From the NCBI GenBank assembly GCA_963674705.1, contig OY771506.1, positions 64,001-128,000 on the forward strand: a stretch of DNA of 64,000 nt, in the 5' to 3' direction. The notes under the pieces are model-generated. The model saw only the letters and a program-made list of their open reading frames with translations, searched no databases and was not told where the DNA came from. This DNA is from Phycisphaeraceae bacterium (lineage in GTDB: Bacteria > Planctomycetota > Phycisphaerae > Phycisphaerales > Phycisphaeraceae). Each line of letters starts with the position of its first letter. The first letter of the stretch is position 1. Positions 30,852 to 42,300 of this stretch are shown piece by piece. The position numbers and the translations under genes are program-made.

Positions 30852-31817
30852 TCAGTATTTGCGTGTTTCCAGCAGCTCCGCAGCCTGGTCCTGCGTGTAG
30901 ACATCTTCCTCGACCTTCACGCGACGCGGCACCTCTTCGCCGGCGGCAACCTTTTCGATCAGGTCAAACAATTGTGGGCCGATCAGCGGGTTGCACTCGA
31001 CCGTGCAGTTCAATTCACCCTGCGTCATCGCGCGGAACGCTTCTTTTACGCCGTCAACCGAAACAATCAGGATATCTTCGCCCGGCTTCAGGCCCGCTTC
31101 TTTGATCGCCTGGATCGCGCCGATCGCCATGTCGTCGTTGTGAGCATACAACGCGGTGACTTCTTTAGCTTCGGGTGACTTAAGAAAAGCCTGGAACGCC
31201 TTCTTGCCTTCGGTGCGTGTGAAGTTACCGCTCTGGCTCCAGACGATCTTCATGTCCGGCTGGTTGTCGATCACTTCACGGAAGCCTTTCGCCCGATCGA
31301 TCGCCGGCGCGGAGCCGGGCGTACCTACGAGTTCCGCGATAACCGCCTTACCATCGCTGGCTTCAACCAGCCAGTTCGCGGCACGACGTCCTTCTTCCAC
31401 GAAGTCCGAACCGATGAACGTCACATAAAGCGTGTCATCACTCACATCTACAGCACGGTCGCTGAGCACGACCGGGATACCCGCATCCTTCGCTTCAACC
31501 AGCACCTGCTCCCAACCCGTTTCAACCACCGGCGAGAACGCGATCACATCCACGCCCTGGGCGATGAACGAACGGATCGCCTTGATCTGATTCTCTTGCT
31601 TCTGCTGAGCATCTGAGAATCGCAGATCGATACCGCGCTTTTTGGCTTCCGATTGGATCGAGTCGGTGTTGGCTTTGCGCCAATCTGATTCCGCGCCGAT
31701 CTGGCTGAAGCCTACAACGAGCTTGTCACCGCCGCTATTACCGCAGCCGACAAACAACATTGCAGTCAGTGTGAGAGTAAACAATCCAATCAGGGTTATC
31801 AGTTTGGCTCGATACAT
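30852..31817 (-). CDS. ytfQ: Galactofuranose-type ABC substrate-binding lipoprotein
   Basis: Lipobox FVGC; VGFSQIGAESDWR, QIKAIRSFIAQGVD, HNDDMAIGA. Confidence 0.82.
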   Translation of the reverse strand: MYRAKLITLIGLFTLTLTAMLFVGCGNSGGDKLVVGFSQIGAESDWRKANTDSIQSEAKKRGIDLRFSDAQQKQENQIKAIRSFIAQGVDVIAFSPVVETGWEQVLVEAKDAGIPVVLSDRAVDVSDDTLYVTFIGSDFVEEGRRAANWLVEASDGKAVIAELVGTPGSAPAIDRAKGFREVIDNQPDMKIVWSQSGNFTRTEGKKAFQAFLKSPEAKEVTALYAHNDDMAIGAIQAIKEAGLKPGEDILIVSVDGVKEAFRAMTQGELNCTVECNPLIGPQLFDLIEKVAAGEEVPRRVKVEEDVYTQDQAAELLETRKY

Positions 31818-31878
31818 TGATCTATCCTTCTCGATGGAATTAGTTGTTGTTCTGTGAACGTATCATCGTTGCTTACAT

Positions 31879-32094
31879 TTACCCGGACTCGCCGGGCGTT
31901 TGTGTTACTTGCTCTTCCTGCTTTGGCTTGCCGCGCTCCCAGGCAAACGGTGCGACCACGAACCATAAAACCGTCGCGATGAGCATCAGCCGCTTCACCG
32001 CATCCACATCCATCCCGCCCACCAGAAAGATCAAAGGCGGGCCGATCGTTCCCAATAACGCGAGGATCGAAATGATCTGCAAAATGGGTCTCAT
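31879..32094 (-). CDS. Small 2-TM protein translationally coupled to the permease
   Basis: ATGA overlap with the upstream stop; two hydrophobic helices. Confidence 0.6.
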   Translation of the reverse strand: MRPILQIISILALLGTIGPPLIFLVGGMDVDAVKRLMLIATVLWFVVAPFAWERGKPKQEEQVTQTPGESG

Positions 32095-33566
32095 GCCAAC
32101 GCCCCTTTCTTCTGAACGAGCTTGCTCAGGACCAGGTAGAGCACAACAGCGATGAACCAGCCCGGCAGGCTCACGAAGTAGATCTGGACACCCGTCAAGC
32201 GCATGCCCCACAACTCGCCGGGCAGGAAGTTGATGTTGATTCTGGCCAAGTAGTCCTGGATCGTGGTGTAGTACACAAGGAACAAGCAGAAAGCGATCGT
32301 CAATAACCACGCAAGCCCGGCCGCCCAGTTGAACGGGATACCACTGTGCTCAGCGTAATTGTCCTGCATCCCCAGCTTCTTGATCAGGTAGAAGTCGACG
32401 AAGATCACCGCGCCCATCGGCATCAGCACCATGCCATACAACATCACGAAACCTAATAACTGCATCGCGATAGCAGGGAACAGACCCGCAGCAGTCGCCA
32501 GCGCCCCTGTTGCAAGCGTAACAGCAAAGCGCGACTTGTTCGGCATGATCGCCTGGAACGCCAAACCCGCACGGTAGATCGTCGGGTTCGCTGTGGTCCA
32601 GCCCGCGATGATCACACAGATCACACCCGCGACACCGGCCGCGTTATATGCCAAAGGCCCTGGCAGTACGGCATCGTTCGACGGATCGTGGTGCAACTGC
32701 AATGCGTACAAAAGTGACGCGGCCAGCCACGCCAGGAAGTGCCCGACAAACATCCCCGCAAAACTCGCGATGCCGTACCACGAATGCTTTGCGAAGCGGA
32801 ACACGGACAGGTCGGACATCCCGACATGCATCGCCATATTGCAGAACCAGGCAAAGAACATGACGTGCCAGAACGTGAACTTCACCTTGCCCGGTTGCGG
32901 ATCACCCCCCTTCCAAAGATGTTCCGTGGCGAGCGTCCAAAGATCATTGGCGCTATGGATCTGTGTACCGGTCACATTGATAAACTCACGCAGCGCGATA
33001 AAGCCAAACGCCACAAAGACCAGCACCATCCAGGGCGCCGCGATGTTGGCAAAACGCGCCACCATCTTGTAGCCGCTCGCTGCGACGATCGAAATCAATC
33101 CACCCACGACTAGTACCGAAGTCACCCACCCAACACCCTTGGGCATCGTGTCGTTCAGCCCCGGCATGGGGAAGTCGAACCACACGCCCACCGCCGTCGC
33201 CGACACCGTGATCATCGCGCCGGCGAGGAAGCAGAACATCACGCCGTTCGCGAGGTTGTACAGCGTCACCAACTGTCGGCCGCAGATTTTTTCAAGCTGG
33301 TAATACAGCGTCAGACGCGCCCGCGTCGCGATGGGTGTGGTCAGAAAAACCCAGCTCAAGACCGCCAACACATTACCGACCATCAAACCCACCAGCACAT
33401 CGAACGCACCGACCCCCGAAGCCACAAACAAAGGCCCGATCATCAGCTCCGTGCCCGCACAGTGCTCCCCGGCATATTGTCCGACAAAACTCTTGAACCC
33501 AAGCAGCGCCTTGGCGGGCACCGGTTCGCGTTCGTATTCATTCTTTGGTGCTGAGTTGTCTGACAT
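32091..33566 (-). CDS. Cytosine/purine permease-like (NCS1-type) transporter
   Basis: About 12 TM; EYEREPVP, GEHCAGTE, GWTTANPTIY; start ATG 33566. Confidence 0.75.
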   Translation of the reverse strand: MSDNSAPKNEYEREPVPAKALLGFKSFVGQYAGEHCAGTELMIGPLFVASGVGAFDVLVGLMVGNVLAVLSWVFLTTPIATRARLTLYYQLEKICGRQLVTLYNLANGVMFCFLAGAMITVSATAVGVWFDFPMPGLNDTMPKGVGWVTSVLVVGGLISIVAASGYKMVARFANIAAPWMVLVFVAFGFIALREFINVTGTQIHSANDLWTLATEHLWKGGDPQPGKVKFTFWHVMFFAWFCNMAMHVGMSDLSVFRFAKHSWYGIASFAGMFVGHFLAWLAASLLYALQLHHDPSNDAVLPGPLAYNAAGVAGVICVIIAGWTTANPTIYRAGLAFQAIMPNKSRFAVTLATGALATAAGLFPAIAMQLLGFVMLYGMVLMPMGAVIFVDFYLIKKLGMQDNYAEHSGIPFNWAAGLAWLLTIAFCLFLVYYTTIQDYLARININFLPGELWGMRLTGVQIYFVSLPGWFIAVVLYLVLSKLVQKKGALA

Positions 33567-33630
33567 AGACTCAGGTTGTCCTTTCTGCGGAAGAAGACAC
33601 CGCAAAAACCTCCAAGCGTGTGATTGGATC

Positions 33631-35115
33631 CTAAGACTCAATCGATAGAACGGCCACCGAGTGGGCCGGCAATGTGAGCTTGATAGTATTGCCGGAAGCA
33701 CTGATCCCCTCAAGCGCCGCGGGCATGACCTGCTTAGGTTCTTCAAACGTATTCATCGCCTGGATACTCGCACCCTCGAGTACTTGTCCAGTTATCTGCT
33801 TAAGTGACGCGCCACGAACTTCACAGGTCACTTCCAGCAACTCGGCGTGATGCAAATTGCATAAGGAGATATGGATATTGCCGTCTTGAGCCCGGCTGGC
33901 AGACGCTGATAGCTGTTCCAGGTCCGGTTTATCCAGGCTGTAATGGGGGCACGCCACTTCGGCCGGAAGGTATGTCGCGTCCTGGTGCACCTTGTACATT
34001 TCCAGCACGTGATACGTCGGCGTGACGATCATCTTCGGCCCATCGGTCAGGATCGGCGCCTGCAACACGTTCACAAGCTGCGCGAGGTTCGCGATACGTA
34101 CGCGCTCGGCATGCTTGTGGAAGATGTTCAGCGTCATGCCCGTTACCAGCGCGTCACGCATCGTGTTCTGCTGATACAGGAAACCGGGATTCGTATCCGG
34201 CATCACATCAAACCAAGTGCCCCACTCATCCACGACCAGAGCAACACGTTTTTCCGGATCAAACTGATCCATCACCTCGCTGTGACGTGCAATGATCTCG
34301 TCCATGCGCGTCGCCAATGCAAGCGTTTTGAAGTACGCCTGCTCATCGAACCCGACAGACTGGCCCTTGTTGTTCCATTCGGTCGTGTAGTAGTGCAGCG
34401 ACAGGCCGTGCATACGGTGGCCGATCCGCTCCATCGTGACTTCGGTCCACTTATCGTCCCGGCCGTTGGGCCCACAGGCGATCTTATAAAGCTCGTTACC
34501 GCTGTAATTACGGGCAAATTCCGCGTACTGCCGGTACTGATCCGAATAAAACTCCGGACGCATCGCGCCGCCGCAGCCCCAGTTCTCATTACCCACACCG
34601 AAGAACTTGAGCTTCCACGGCTCCTTGCGCCCGTTAGCCGCACGCTCGCGCGCAAGGTCGGAGTCGCCGGCGTACGTCATGTACTGGACCCACTCCTGCA
34701 TCTCCTGAACCGTACCGCTGCCGACGTTGCCCGCGATGTACGGCTCGCAATCCAGCATCTCACATAAATCCATGAACTCATGCGTGCCGAACTCGTGCGT
34801 TTCAACGACGCCGCCCCACAAGCTGTTGACCGTGCGAGGCCGTTTGTCGCGCGGTCCGATCCCATCACGCCAGTGATATTCATCCGCGTAACACCCGCCG
34901 GGCCAGCGCAGGTTCGGGATGTTCAGCTTCTTGAGCGCTTCAACCACATCATTGCGGATGCCGCGCGTGTTGGGGATGCTCGAAGCCTCACCGACCCACA
35001 AGCCTTCATAAACGCATCGGCCAAGGTGCTCCGCGAAGTGGCCGTAAATATGTTTGGATATCTGGAACGAATCGGCGTCCGCCTGAATCGTGACTTTAGT
35101 TTGACCGGTAGCCAT
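33631..35115 (-). CDS. abfA: GH51 alpha-L-arabinofuranosidase
   Basis: [40 protein letters not shown]. Confidence 0.93.
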   Translation of the reverse strand: MATGQTKVTIQADADSFQISKHIYGHFAEHLGRCVYEGLWVGEASSIPNTRGIRNDVVEALKKLNIPNLRWPGGCYADEYHWRDGIGPRDKRPRTVNSLWGGVVETHEFGTHEFMDLCEMLDCEPYIAGNVGSGTVQEMQEWVQYMTYAGDSDLARERAANGRKEPWKLKFFGVGNENWGCGGAMRPEFYSDQYRQYAEFARNYSGNELYKIACGPNGRDDKWTEVTMERIGHRMHGLSLHYYTTEWNNKGQSVGFDEQAYFKTLALATRMDEIIARHSEVMDQFDPEKRVALVVDEWGTWFDVMPDTNPGFLYQQNTMRDALVTGMTLNIFHKHAERVRIANLAQLVNVLQAPILTDGPKMIVTPTYHVLEMYKVHQDATYLPAEVACPHYSLDKPDLEQLSASASRAQDGNIHISLCNLHHAELLEVTCEVRGASLKQITGQVLEGASIQAMNTFEEPKQVMPAALEGISASGNTIKLTLPAHSVAVLSIES

Positions 35116-35280
35116 ATCAAATGCCCTCGCTAAGTGGTGCTTTCGTAGATTGTGCCGCGATCGCCATATGTCGCGAATGGATAGATTAACGTATTTAAAC
35201 GCGCAATGTTAGTCGATCTGTCATCTACACCCAGCCAATCTCATCTCGCCCAACAGAACATACAAACTCTTTTATAATAA

Positions 35281-36216
35281 TTACTTAAAACCACCCCACA
35301 CATCCTGCCATGACAACTCGAACTTGCCGGCGGATACATCCGCAGTCACCCACACGTAGGCCGACTCACCCAGCGCTTCCCGCTTCCAGCGGTCGAACAT
35401 CACCAGGACCCGAGCATCCGGCAACGCCTGCATAAATGTGCTCTGTGTTGACCAGGTCATCTCGGGCTGATCCCCACCCCGGCACGGATTGCCCAGTTCT
35501 TCCCAAGGCCCCCAGATACTGTCCGCCACCGCTGACCTCGCCGGGTTCGGGTCCCAACCCGTGCAGCCCGAGGCGATGTACCAATACTTACCGTGCGACT
35601 TGGCGATCGCGTGCGCTTCCATGTATCGATCGGGGAACAGCAACTTCGATTCGGCGCTCAACGAGCGGTAATCGTCGCTTAAGCGCGTGACCAGCGTCGT
35701 CGCGTTCATGTCCGTTGAGCAGATGTGATACGCAGCGCCATCATCATCCACAAATACAGTCTGGTCCCGGCTGTCTCGTCCCTGCGGCCGGATCGAACCC
35801 AGATAGGTGAAAGGCCCTTCCGGTTTATCGCTGATCGCTACACCTGCGCCGGCAAGCTTGTAGTCGGGCCGATCAATGTGCAGCCACATCACAAACGTCC
35901 CGCTCGCTTTATGAAAGATCACCTTCGGCCGTTCCATTACCTGCGTCGGGCACAGGTCGTAATACGCAGTTTCCTTCACCTTGAGCACGACACCCATCGG
36001 TTCCCAGTTCACCAGGTCGGTCGACTTGTAACCGCCGACGCCGACGACATCTACGCGCACAATAGGATCGCCATCAGGTCTTTCATATCGCCTTGTTGGT
36101 CCGGACTTATCTTCGCCGTACCAGTACCACATACCATCGACATGCAGCAGCCCCCCGCCGTGCGCCTGGATGGGGTTGCCCTGAACATCTTTCCACAGCG
36201 TCTTGTTGGTGTGCAT
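35281..36216 (-). CDS. GH43 (subfamily 24-like) exo-beta-1,3-galactanase
   Basis: IQAHGGG, YWYGE, MERPKV, SRD, SGCTGWDPN, QST, DRW. Confidence 0.82.
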   Translation of the reverse strand: MHTNKTLWKDVQGNPIQAHGGGLLHVDGMWYWYGEDKSGPTRRYERPDGDPIVRVDVVGVGGYKSTDLVNWEPMGVVLKVKETAYYDLCPTQVMERPKVIFHKASGTFVMWLHIDRPDYKLAGAGVAISDKPEGPFTYLGSIRPQGRDSRDQTVFVDDDGAAYHICSTDMNATTLVTRLSDDYRSLSAESKLLFPDRYMEAHAIAKSHGKYWYIASGCTGWDPNPARSAVADSIWGPWEELGNPCRGGDQPEMTWSTQSTFMQALPDARVLVMFDRWKREALGESAYVWVTADVSAGKFELSWQDVWGGFK

Positions 36217-36258
36217 TCAAATACTCAATGTATGCTTGTCACTTCTTAAACAGCCCGA

Positions 36259-37140
36259 TCAATCCGCAAAGCTGTAGGCGATCGGATCCAGCTCCGATTC
36301 ATCAAGTGAATCGATATCGATCGGGTTCATGCGTGAATCGGGATCCGGCAATGGGATCGCTGACAACAGCGCCTTGGTATACGGATGCTGCGGATCGTTA
36401 TAGACTTTTTCGGTCTCGCCCATCTCAACGATACGGGCCTTGCGCATCACGACGATGTAGTCGCACACCTGCCGGACCACGCTCAGGTCGTGGCTGACAA
36501 ACAGGTACGTCAGACCCATCTCGGCCTGTAATTCCTTGAGCAAATCCAGCACGATCGCACGCACGCTGACATCCAGCGCGCTTACCGCTTCATCCGCCAC
36601 GACCAACGAAGGCCGCAGGATAAGCGCCCGCGCAATGCCGATGCGCTGCCGTTGACCGCCGCTGAACGCATGCGGATACCGGTTGCGGTGGTTCGCTTCA
36701 AGCCCCACGCGCTCAAGCATCTGCACGACTTTATCCTGTCGTTCGGATCGGCTGCCGATACGGTGGATCAGCAACGGCTCGGCGACAATTTCGCCAACCG
36801 TCATACGCGGATTCAGCGAAGCGAACGGGTCCTGGAAGATCATCTGCATCTCGCGACGCAGTGGCTTAAGCTTACGCTCAGGCAGCGTCGATAGCTCGAC
36901 CGTCCGCCCCTTATTGGTAAATTCAGCGATCCCCGCCGTCGGCGCTAACGCGCGAAGGATCGTGCGTGCACAAGTCGTCTTACCGCTGCCGCTTTCGCCT
37001 ACGATTCCAAGTGTTTGCCCGCGATGGACATCGAAGCTGACATCGTCGACGGCCTTGAACACCTTGCCGTGGCGTTTATTATCCAGTGGGAAGTACTTGC
37101 ACAACCCGCGCACTTTCAAGAGGCGTTCTTTCTCACTCAT
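36259..37140 (-). CDS. Oligopeptide-type ABC ATPase (OppF-like)
   Basis: GESGSGKT, FQDPFASLNP, FSGGQRQR, HPYT. Confidence 0.9.
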   Translation of the reverse strand: MSEKERLLKVRGLCKYFPLDNKRHGKVFKAVDDVSFDVHRGQTLGIVGESGSGKTTCARTILRALAPTAGIAEFTNKGRTVELSTLPERKLKPLRREMQMIFQDPFASLNPRMTVGEIVAEPLLIHRIGSRSERQDKVVQMLERVGLEANHRNRYPHAFSGGQRQRIGIARALILRPSLVVADEAVSALDVSVRAIVLDLLKELQAEMGLTYLFVSHDLSVVRQVCDYIVVMRKARIVEMGETEKVYNDPQHPYTKALLSAIPLPDPDSRMNPIDIDSLDESELDPIAYSFAD

Positions 37141-38153
37141 ACCATCACCCCCTGTTGAACAGGCCAGAGCAACAGTTCACGCTTGTTCCCGAATTTGTGG
37201 TAATGCGGCGTGAGCCCGTGTTGACCGGCCGGTTCGGTAAAACCGTAACCCTCGGGCGCACCATCGGGCAGCCCGATCTTTTCTAATAGCTGACGACGCC
37301 GCTTTTCGTATCCTACGTGTGGCACCGCCGCGATCAATCGGCGCGTATAGGGATGGTAAGGCTCGTGATACAACTCACGCACCGGCGCTCGCTCCACAAT
37401 CCGCCCCGTCTTCATCACGACAACATTATCCGCTACCTGCGCGACCACACCCAGATCGTGCGTGATAAACAGCACACTCGTATTCATCTCGCTCTTCAGA
37501 TCATTAATCAATCCAAGGATCTGAGCCTGCACGGTCACATCCAGCGCTGTCGTCGGCTCGTCCGCGATCACGATCGCAGGCTGACACACCAGCGCCATTG
37601 CGATCACCACGCGCTGACGCATCCCGCCGCTGAACTCGAACGGGTACTGCTTCAACCGTGCACGCGGCTCGGGAATGCCGACCTTATTCATCATCTCGAC
37701 GGCAAGCTCTTCCGCCTTCTTCTTATCCTTCGTCACGTGCAGCAGGATCGCCTCGCACAACTGGTTGCCGATCGTGTGCACCGGCGACAGCGCCGTCATC
37801 GGCTCCTGAAAGATCATGCTGATCTTTCCGCCGCGGACGTTAAACAACCTCGGGTCCTTCTCACTCAACGCGGCTAAATCTAAGGGCTCTGCATCCTTGC
37901 TCTCTTTGAACAGGATGCGACCCTTCGTGATTTTGCCCGGCCGTTGAATCAATCGCAGTACCGCAAAGCTACTCACGCTCTTGCCGCTGCCGCTTTCACC
38001 TACCAACGCCAGCGTCTTGCCGCGTTCCAGATCGAAACTGACATCGCGCACCGCTTCGGTTCGGCCGTCGATCGTGTCGAAGACGACGCTCAGGTCCTGA
38101 ACCTGCAATACATAATCGGGTTGGGTATTGTGTTCTGTCATAGGTTTAATCAC
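37137..38153 (-). CDS. Oligopeptide-type ABC ATPase (OppD-like)
   Basis: GESGSGKS, FQEPMTAL, FSGGMRQR, ADEPTTALD. Confidence 0.9.
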   Translation of the reverse strand: MIKPMTEHNTQPDYVLQVQDLSVVFDTIDGRTEAVRDVSFDLERGKTLALVGESGSGKSVSSFAVLRLIQRPGKITKGRILFKESKDAEPLDLAALSEKDPRLFNVRGGKISMIFQEPMTALSPVHTIGNQLCEAILLHVTKDKKKAEELAVEMMNKVGIPEPRARLKQYPFEFSGGMRQRVVIAMALVCQPAIVIADEPTTALDVTVQAQILGLINDLKSEMNTSVLFITHDLGVVAQVADNVVVMKTGRIVERAPVRELYHEPYHPYTRRLIAAVPHVGYEKRRRQLLEKIGLPDGAPEGYGFTEPAGQHGLTPHYHKFGNKRELLLWPVQQGVMV

Positions 38154-39334
38154 GAAGTCGCGGAATACGGATCGGCCGCGTCACGCAAACCGTCGCCCAC
38201 AAAGTTAAACGAAAGCACAGTCACAATGATAAAGATAACCGGCGTCAACAACCAAGGGTAATAACGTACCGCCTGCACATCCATACAATCCTGCAGAAGT
38301 ACGCCCCAACTGACCACCGGCGGCCGCAACCCCAGCCCCAGGAAACTCAGGCTCGTTTCGCCCAGGATCATCGCCGGCACACTCAACGACAGCGCCACAA
38401 TCACGTGGCTGGTAAATCCCGGCAACAAATGCCGGAACAGGATCCGGCCGTGACCTGCTCCCAGTAACCGTGCTGCCACCGCATAATCTTCTTCACGCAA
38501 GCTCAGTATCTTACCTCGCACCACACGCGCCAGCCCTGTCCAGTTGAGCAGCGCCAAGACGATCGTAATCGCAAAATACGTCTTGATCGGCGACCAGTCG
38601 CCCGGCATTACCGCACCCAGCGCAATCCACAACGGCAACTGCGGGAAACTCTGAATCACCTCGATCCCACGCTGGATAAAGTTGTCCGTCCGACCACCGA
38701 CATAACCGCTGACCCCACCGATCGACATGCCGAGGATGAACGTGATCGCGATGCCGATCAACCCGACCGACAGCGAAACACGCGACCCATAAACCACCCG
38801 GCTGAACAAATCCCGGCCGTAACGGTCCGCCCCCAGAAGGTGGAAACTCGCCTTGCTATCCAGTGCTTTAGCCGCTTCATGGTCAACCCCCAGAAAGTGC
38901 CGCTGCATCGGGATCAGGCCCCACAAGTGGTACGGCTCGCCTTTGGCAAATAAATCCAGGTCAACGATCTGATCGCGTTTCTCGATGAAGGTTCGCCGCA
39001 ACGTGATCGGATCGATCTGCCGCTGCATCGCATAAGTATAGAAGCCGTGCTCAAAACTGACGTGTACGAGTTGCGGCGGACAGTACTGAAAATCCAGGTC
39101 GCGCGAGTGCGGCGTCTGTGGCGCGATAAACTCGGCAAACACCGCAACCCCGTACATCAATATCAGAAGCAGCACGCTCCACACCGCCAACCGGTGCATC
39201 GAGAACTTGTGGCGGATCAACTGCCACTGGCTCATGTACGCCGAGGCGTCCTGCTTACCCGACATCAGTTCTGCTTCGATATCCACGGGATCGGGCTTGA
39301 TCGCTTCTTCCGGTGGCGGCTGGATCACTGTCAT
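38150..39334 (-). CDS. Oligopeptide-type ABC permease (OppC-like)
   Basis: LLGADRYGRD, SLSFLGLG, NFVGDGLRDAADP. Confidence 0.9.
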   Translation of the reverse strand: MTVIQPPPEEAIKPDPVDIEAELMSGKQDASAYMSQWQLIRHKFSMHRLAVWSVLLLILMYGVAVFAEFIAPQTPHSRDLDFQYCPPQLVHVSFEHGFYTYAMQRQIDPITLRRTFIEKRDQIVDLDLFAKGEPYHLWGLIPMQRHFLGVDHEAAKALDSKASFHLLGADRYGRDLFSRVVYGSRVSLSVGLIGIAITFILGMSIGGVSGYVGGRTDNFIQRGIEVIQSFPQLPLWIALGAVMPGDWSPIKTYFAITIVLALLNWTGLARVVRGKILSLREEDYAVAARLLGAGHGRILFRHLLPGFTSHVIVALSLSVPAMILGETSLSFLGLGLRPPVVSWGVLLQDCMDVQAVRYYPWLLTPVIFIIVTVLSFNFVGDGLRDAADPYSATS

Positions 39335-42300
39335 CGCGTGCCCCCTTGGAAACGGATACGCGGATCGAGCCACAGCAGCAGCAGGTCACTGACCAGCGTG
39401 CCGAACACACCCAACAGCGACAGCACCATCAGCATGCTGCCCGCCAGGTACATGTCTTCATTAAAAAGTGCGCTTAACAATAATGGACCGACCGTCGGCA
39501 GCGCCAACACCATCGCGACAATCGCACCACCACTGACGATCTGCGGGAACAGATAACCGATCCCGCTGACAAACGGGTTGAGCGCCAGCCGCACGGGGTA
39601 CTTGATCAGCAGCTTCAACGGCCGAACGCCCTTCGCTTTGGCCGTCGTGACGTAAGGCTTCTGCAATTCATCCAGCAGGTTCGCACGCATGATGCGGATC
39701 ATGCCCGCCGTACCGCCGATCCCCAGCACGACGATCGGGATCCAGATGTGCTTGAGCAGGTCGATAAACTTGGGCCAATCCCATTCAGGCTGCGCGTAAA
39801 ACTCATCTGAAAATAGGCCTTGCTGACCGCTGTACACCATCAATACCAGGGCCAGCAGGAACGCGGGCGTGCACATCCCCAGGAAACCCAGCACCGTCAG
39901 GATGTAATCGCTGATGCTGTACTGCCGAACCGCCGAGTAGATCCCGATCGGCAGCGCGATCACCCATGTCAGCAGGATCGTGCCGATCGAGATCGCCATG
40001 GTCAGCAGCAACCGGTCCCCGACGACCTGGTTGATCGGCGACATGGTTTCCATCGAACGCCCGAGGTTGCCCTGCAGCAGCCCCTCGTCGGCGGGTTCGA
40101 AAGAGGTAAACCAATAGAAGCCCATCCACCGACAGTAAAGCTTCCACGAGGGCTCTTCGTAATGGAAGACCTCTTTAAGGTCCTCGATCGCGCGGAGGTT
40201 GGCCTCGTCGCCCGACTCTTGCAACAGCATGATGCGCGTGGTCAGATAATCGCCCGGCGGCAACTGGATGATGGTAAAAGTCACGACGCTGATGACCAAC
40301 AGCGTGGGCACCATGATCGCCAAGCGGCGCCATACGAACGGGTGTTTCCAGCCGATCATGACCAGTACAAGCATTACGATCCCAAACAACAGCAGCTTGA
40401 CCAAGCGACCTACCGAGTTGCCGGCGTCCGCATCAGGCCGGGGGGTAACGTGTTCGACGGCTCGTTTGATCTCCGCGATGGCGCCCGGGGAATTATTGTT
40501 TTCAACAAAGTAATAGGTCTCGATCCCGGCGTTGCTGGGCGTGGTGAAAGCCCAGCCATAAAGCGCAACTTCCGGCACGTTTTTGACCTTGTCGCTGACG
40601 ATGAACGGCACGGGCGGCGCCGTAGCGATACTGATGCTCCACACGTTCTCCGCGGCGATTTCGAACATACGGTCCATGTACTTTATCTGCTCGGCGGGGT
40701 CCGGCGTGTGGGTCGCGCGCTCGTAAGCCTCGATCGCCTCGTACATCGCGTGATCCTTGGGAACGGGGATCGAGCCGCGGATCGTTTTGCTCTGCGGCGA
40801 GTCGTAGTACCCGCCGTTCATGTACCAGCGCCCCCAGCCGACGGCGTAGAACGACTCGGTATTCATCGGGATGAAGTAACGCGGCGAGATCATCGGCATC
40901 ATGTCGCTCTCACCGGACCAGACGTTGAAGTCGAAGTCGCTGGAGTCCTTCTCGGTGTAGAACAGCGGCCTCGCACGCTCACGCGCCGTGGCGCGGACAC
41001 CAACCTCGGCCCAGTCGTCTACGATAAACTGGCCCGGCCCGGCGCCGGTGAACTGCGTAAAGTCCAGGTAAAACGACATCCGCGTCCCGTCCGGAAAAGT
41101 CCGCATGCCTTCCTCATCACGCTTATCCAGCCCCAATTCGTCCAGTAGTTCATTCGCGTGTTGCGGATCGTACTCGGTGTAGGCCTTACTCAGCGCCGGA
41201 TAATTGAAACGGCTCTGCGGACCGGGCGCGACCTGTGACGGCTCACCCACCCCCGCCTGCTCCGCCTGGATGATCGGTTTGCGGTTGATCGCCAGGGACA
41301 ATGCCTGGCGGAAACGTTTGTCGTCCAGGAGTCGCGCCTTCCACTTCGTCGACGGATCATCCGGGTCCACCCGTCGGTTGAGGTTCGGGTTAATTACAAA
41401 CGCCGACCGCGTCGCCGGGTACCAGTGAAGGACGTGGTAGCCTTCTGTATCCGCACGGCTCATCAACTCGGTGTAATCGCTGAAGCGGATGTGACGGCCC
41501 TGCATCGACACGCCGCCCTTCGTCGCTCGAAGCGCCAGCATCTTGGAATCCAGCACGTCGAACTGCAACTGGTCGATGTAGGGGAGCTGGTTGCCATGCT
41601 TATCAACCACGTAGTAATACGCGTTGCGCACGAACACGAACGGCGCATTGGATGTGTAGGTCCGAAAGACCCACGGCCACAGACGCGGGTACTCCGGGTT
41701 GTTCCACACCTTGACATAACCGTATACGGAGGACCGGCTCGGTAGCTTGTACCGCCGCATCATATCTGCGATCACCTGCTCGTCGCCGATGTCCGGGTCC
41801 GGATGGTACTTGCGAAGGTAATGTTCAGGGATGTCGGTAAACGCAACCTGGCCGGCCAAAACCTCCAGGAAGTTAGGATACGGCTCGTCGAATTCAACCC
41901 GGACCGTGTAGGTGTCCAGTTGTTTGACACGCCCTGTTTTCCCCGCGTTGACCATCCAGCTCGGAGGGTTGGAGCTGACGAACGTGTTGTTCACCTCGTC
42001 ATCCCACCAGTACATGATGTCGTCGGCGGTATACGGCTCGCCGTCCGACCAGCGTATCCCCTCACGCAGCTTAATAGTCCAGACACGATCCCCATTCGAA
42101 GGCGTCACACTCTGGGCGATGTGCGGTTCAATCGGATAGCCCAACGGCGACCAACGCACCAGGTAAGCGCCCGCCATGCGGAACGGCACCACCGCTCCGA
42201 CGTCGTCCGGTGCTATCGCCAGACGCAGCCACGTCCCGCCATACTTTCCGATCTCGTCCACCGTGTCCATCACGACCGGCTTCTTGGGAAGGCGCTCGGC

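Noticed and set aside
33943..34767. 274-aa plus-strand ORF
   Set aside because: Shadow of abfA
39820..41148. 442-aa plus-strand ORF
   Set aside because: Antisense shadow of the well-supported ABC fusion gene, as expected in GC-rich DNA
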